A stretch of 64,000 nucleotides of DNA from Ascidiella aspersa (lineage: Eukaryota). Every line of letters starts with the position of its first letter. The first letter of the stretch is position 1. Both the position numbers and the translations under genes were made by a program. Below the pieces are notes generated by a model that ran no database searches, was not told the DNA's origin, and worked only from the letters and a program-made list of their open reading frames with translations. Where the stretch lies: assembly GCA_963924565.1 (NCBI GenBank), contig OZ004608.1, forward strand, positions 13,888,001 through 13,952,000. The letters are read 5' to 3'. Below are positions 63,201-64,000 of the stretch, one piece after another.

Positions 63201-63946
63201 CAATCGCTTGCAACACGAGGGTAGGAATGCCACGTATAGTTGTTTGGTTCTTTAAAAACAGTCGATGGTTTTGGGGCGTATTCTGATTTAGACGGTACCG
63301 CGACTATTAGGCATTAGTAATATGTTGGTCTTATTCCGAAATGCCCTTTTTTCGACGTTGATGTTGTTCCTTTCTTAGTTTTATGGCTGGAGTCTGTATA
63401 TACATTATTCGACGCTTTTTTACTTTTCTTTAAAATCGGGTGACCAGTTCAAAGACGCAAGTAAAACGTTTTCCATCTGTAGTTTCGAATCGTGAAAATC
63501 GAAACGTCAAGGTAAAAAAGGCCAAGCGAATATAAGTTGCCTGGTTCATTTAAAAACAGTTTATTTTCTTAAAGTAATAAAGACCACGCACGAGAAAACT
63601 TGTTTTTACCATGATTTGCAAAAACTCCACTAAAAGCAAAGGTAGATTTCAAACATAACCCTGAAAAAAAGGTTAACTCCAATAGGTAAATTTATCTTAC
63701 TTTTGGAACGCTATCCTAGTTGTCCTGTACATACAATTGTCCCACTTTAAAAACAAATGGTATCACCTAAACATATTGTGATGTCTTCAGGTTTGCCCAT
63801 CTTGGTCCAACTGGTCTGAAGAGGGAGATTGCTCCGTCACTTGTGGCACTGGACTCACACAGAGGACCAGGACTTGCCTCAACGGGGTTCACGGAGTTTT
63901 GGGATGCAGGGGAGTCAGAAGAGAGTACTCGGTCTGCAATAGCGGA
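64..63946 (+). CDS. Partial multi-exon gene (87 exons in window, open at both ends): giant extracellular protein, TSR x4 - VWA - TSR x~79 (~4,500 aa visible)
   Basis: Every GC-rich island is bounded by AG and GT (one GC). Phases are compatible exon to exon and no in-frame stop appears in the spliced product. Translations match the TSR pattern WxxWxxWxxCSxxCGGGxxxRxRxC...CxG...CxxxxC and a VWA domain. No signal peptide, TM segment or stop codon in the window. Confidence 0.93.
698..843 (+). CDS. Exon 2: TSR ([26 protein letters not shown]...DCDV), phase 1-0
   Basis: caacag acceptor, gtaggt donor at 844, phase fits exon 1. Confidence 0.87.
1074..1349. mobile_element. hAT-type non-autonomous element (MITE), intronic
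   Basis: Imperfect TIRs tagggctgtccaac / gttggacacccctg; flanking 8-mers atctaaac / acttaaac (decayed TSD). Confidence 0.6.
1404..1661 (+). CDS. Exon 3: one TSR with an insertion plus first half of the next TSR, phase 0-0
   Basis: ttccag acceptor, gtacgg donor; [32 protein letters not shown]...[23 protein letters not shown]. Confidence 0.87.
2139..2235 (+). CDS. Exon 4: second half of TSR ([16 protein letters not shown]...CNTQLC), phase 0-1
   Basis: ttgcag acceptor, gtatgt donor; completes the TSR begun in exon 3. Confidence 0.86.
2458..2484 (+). CDS. Candidate 27-nt microexon, linker (D)LVPGDLLD, phase 1-1
   Basis: cattag acceptor, perfect gtaagt donor at 2485, frame-preserving, GC-richer than flanks. 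Confidence 0.6.
2961..3091 (+). CDS. VWA exon A ([43 protein letters not shown]), phase 1-0
   Basis: DxSxS MIDAS motif DSSSS; gattag acceptor, gtaagt donor at 3092. Confidence 0.9.
3517..3768 (+). CDS. VWA exon B (VAALRYNKE...[12 protein letters not shown]...[11 protein letters not shown]), phase 0-0
   Basis: MIDAS Thr loop (GTLTGQA) and LTDG Asp; caccag acceptor, gtaagt donor. Confidence 0.9.
4102..4276 (+). CDS. VWA exon C ([14 protein letters not shown]...[22 protein letters not shown]...ACGK), phase 0-1
   Basis: Typical matrilin/collagen-type VWA C-terminal half; ttacag acceptor, gtatag donor. Confidence 0.88.
4578..4717 (+). CDS. Exon 9: TSR ([26 protein letters not shown]...TQTE), phase 1-0
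   Basis: ttttag acceptor, gtgtgg donor; TSR completed by next exon. Confidence 0.83.
4939..5063 (-). repeat. Interspersed repeat family A, copy 1 (degenerate hammerhead-like core; probable Penelope-derived)
   Basis: Shares aaaaaggtcgagta(a/g)atc...atcatcttgattaa(t/g)acgtttcgatacgagcttgtatc with copies at ~14.6, 22.2 and 41.9 kb. Confidence 0.75.
5204..5374 (+). CDS. Exon 10: end of previous TSR (PCNTTPC) plus next TSR, phase 0-0
   Basis: tgacag acceptor, gtactt donor. Confidence 0.85.
5607..11403 (+). CDS. TSR cassette exons 1-10 (phase 0-0)
   Basis: Exons 5607-5762, 6127-6279, 6894-7049, 7541-7696, 8183-8356, 8846-9004 (donor could be 9001), 9603-9758, 10291-10446, 10809-10964, 11248-11403; each AG|xCxxW...Cxxx|GT. 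Confidence 0.9.
13156..24668 (+). CDS. TSR cassette exons 11-26 (phase 0-0)
   Basis: 13156-13308, 13765-13917, 14847-15002, 15615-15773, 16088-16243, 16624-16779, 17354-17509, 18183-18338, 19057-19209, 19698-19853, 20498-20653, 21240-21395, 21948-22106, 23210-23365, 24038-24193, 24513-24668. Confidence 0.9.
14602..14777. repeat. Repeat family A, copy 2, with ~55-bp inverted arms (hairpin)
   Basis: Arm ~14629-14687 is the reverse complement (few mismatches) of ~14722-14776. Confidence 0.8.
22150..22250 (+). repeat. Repeat family A, copy 3 (opposite orientation to copy 1)
   Basis: acattaactaaagacgatacaagctcgtatcgcaacgtcttaat...atctactcgacctttttggc. Confidence 0.75.
22260..22533. mobile_element. 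MITE-like element with ~30-bp imperfect TIRs
   Basis: tagggttgttaaaaaaacac...tcgaattt vs aaattcgaaaaaatgcgtattttggacaatccta; flanks ttatacaa / ctatacat. Confidence 0.5.
25418..36346 (+). CDS. TSR cassette exons 27-41 (phase 0-0)
   Basis: 25418-25564, 26205-26363, 26960-27115, 27554-27709, 28610-28768, 29895-30056, 30653-30805, 31246-31401, 31882-32037, 32704-32862, 33413-33568, 34052-34207, 34813-34968, 35401-35553, 36194-36346. Confidence 0.9.
28765..29177 (+). repeat. Tandem repeat, 4 x ~101-104 bp, beginning at the splice donor of cassette 31
   Basis: Units start 28765, 28866, 28970, 29071; shared cggttgtcgtgaaattt...aacttgaacttga...ttatctcgaaatttaaggg. Confidence 0.9.
32162..32417. mobile_element. 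hAT/Charlie-like MITE
   Basis: Ends cagggtttcttaaac / tttagcaactcctg; 8-bp flanks ctatacgc / ctattcgc. Confidence 0.65.
34286..34840 (+). repeat. Diverged tandem duplication (~2 x 280 bp) of intron 3' end + acceptor + first ~28 nt of cassette 39
   Basis: gaaatc(c/t)ttcaaagatacagatt...acacattttgcc...ttattttacccaaacaaac...agcc(g/a)tg(t/c)cccttctgg(g/a)ccac(a/g)tggtcag occurs twice. Confidence 0.88.
34526..34554 (+). pseudogene. Truncated duplicate TSR exon fragment (PCPFWATWS)
   Basis: tttag acceptor at 34524-25; paralogous to 34813 PCPFWTTWS; homology stops after 28 nt. Confidence 0.75.
37006..44879 (+). CDS. TSR cassette exons 42-51 (phase 0-0)
   Basis: 37006-37161, 37570-37722, 38233-38388, 39046-39195, 39758-39913, 41332-41487, 42108-42263, 43065-43220, 43869-44024, 44724-44879. 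Confidence 0.9.
39942..40412. mobile_element. hAT-type MITE with internal (CAAGT)n arrays
   Basis: TIR cagtgttg / caacactg; perfect 8-bp TSD agtttact at 39934-39941 and 40413-40420. Confidence 0.85.
41856..42080. repeat. Repeat family A, copy 4 (one arm plus partial inverted arm)
   Basis: aaaaaggtcgagtagatcaacatcatcttgattaagacgtttcgatacgagcttgtatcatctt, then ttggctttgcaattcattaccaagctacattacagatccgtgc (reverse complement of copy 1 start). Confidence 0.75.
45339..52753 (+). CDS. TSR cassette exons 52-62 (phase 0-0)
   Basis: 45339-45482, 46299-46451, 47203-47358 (GC donor), 47856-48002, 48563-48715, 49271-49411, 49820-49975, 50559-50699, 51503-51658, 52107-52262, 52595-52753. Confidence 0.9.
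45500..45694. mobile_element. Decayed hAT-like MITE with gagtcg/cgactc subterminal motifs
   Basis: Ends cagg / cctg; flanks agttcaga / agttgaga; ggagtcggttt vs aaaccgactcc inverted. Confidence 0.45.
46676..46787 (+). ncRNA. Palindromic element containing a near-complete minimal type I hammerhead ribozyme motif (46730-46773), probably inactivated
   Basis: tttaca-CTGATGA-t-ggca(tgaggtat)tgct-aAAAc-GTC-tgtaaa: 6-bp stem I, stem II, GAAA mutated to AAAA; flanked by inverted arms tcgacatttcgc / gcgaaatgtcga. Confidence 0.5.
48016..48110 (+). repeat. Minisatellite, ~5 x 19-22 bp (atttggggtgccaaa...)
   Basis: Five degenerate copies directly after the donor of cassette 55. Confidence 0.75.
53201..63946 (+). 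CDS. TSR cassette exons 63-77 (phase 0-0); array continues past window end
   Basis: 53201-53356, 53993-54148, 54824-54979, 55480-55638, 56314-56469, 56993-57148, 57931-58086, 58945-59100, 59812-59967, 60537-60692, 61117-61272, 61668-61820, 62424-62579, 63068-63220, 63791-63946; last exon ends in a gtaagt donor. Confidence 0.9.
54225..54654. mobile_element. hAT/Charlie-like MITE
   Basis: Ends cagtgtttt / aaaacacta; flanks gtctaggc / gtctggc; inverted subterminal gtgttccgc / gtgtcccgtgg-type motifs. Confidence 0.55.
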
Positions 63947-64000
63947 GTAAGTATATACTGCTCGCTATTTTGCGAGTCAAACATCCACATTTTTGGTTAT

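Noticed and set aside
5607-63946. CRISPR array or integron-like cassette array
   Set aside because: The units are diverged coding exons with spliceosomal AG/GT ends; there are no identical direct repeats, attC-like sites, or cas/integrase genes.
64-63946. Naming the gene SSPO, HMCN1, ADAMTS, properdin or THBS
   Set aside because: The diagnostic partner domains (vWD/LDLa/TIL, Ig/G2F/EGF, metalloprotease) are absent and the TSR count is far higher.
5607-63946. Assembly artefact inflating the array
   Set aside because: Cassettes and introns are all distinct in sequence; I saw no near-identical exon pairs.
1-64000. The ~190 short ORFs in the supplied track as independent genes
   Set aside because: They are exon read-throughs into introns, shifted frames, antisense shadows of GC-rich exons, or low-complexity AT-rich ORFs. 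None shows an independent domain.

Overview
Eukaryotic (invertebrate-like; AT-rich introns mostly 0.2-1.8 kb, GC/CpG-rich exons) genomic DNA. The whole window is the interior of ONE + strand gene, with neither start nor stop codon visible. By hand I can splice 87 exons (AG...GT, one GC donor) into a continuous frame of about 13.5 kb (~4,500 aa). It encodes 4 thrombospondin type-1 repeats (TSR), a 27-nt linker microexon, one von Willebrand A (VWA) domain with an intact MIDAS, and then ~79 more TSRs. From 5607 onward, 77 consecutive exons are phase 0-0 cassettes (141-174 nt, mode 156). Each starts with the 6th Cys of the previous TSR and ends just after the 5th Cys of its own, so any cassette can be joined to any other and still give complete six-Cys domains. 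The cassettes are highly diverged but all intact, and part of the array shows a 5-exon super-repeat. Introns carry hAT-type MITEs, a repeat family with degenerate Penelope-type hammerhead ribozyme cores, and local duplications that copy splice sites, including a partial-exon duplicate. Most entries in the ORF track are exon+intron read-throughs or antisense shadows. I cannot assign a gene name or species. All coordinates were counted by eye and the splicing is predicted, not observed.
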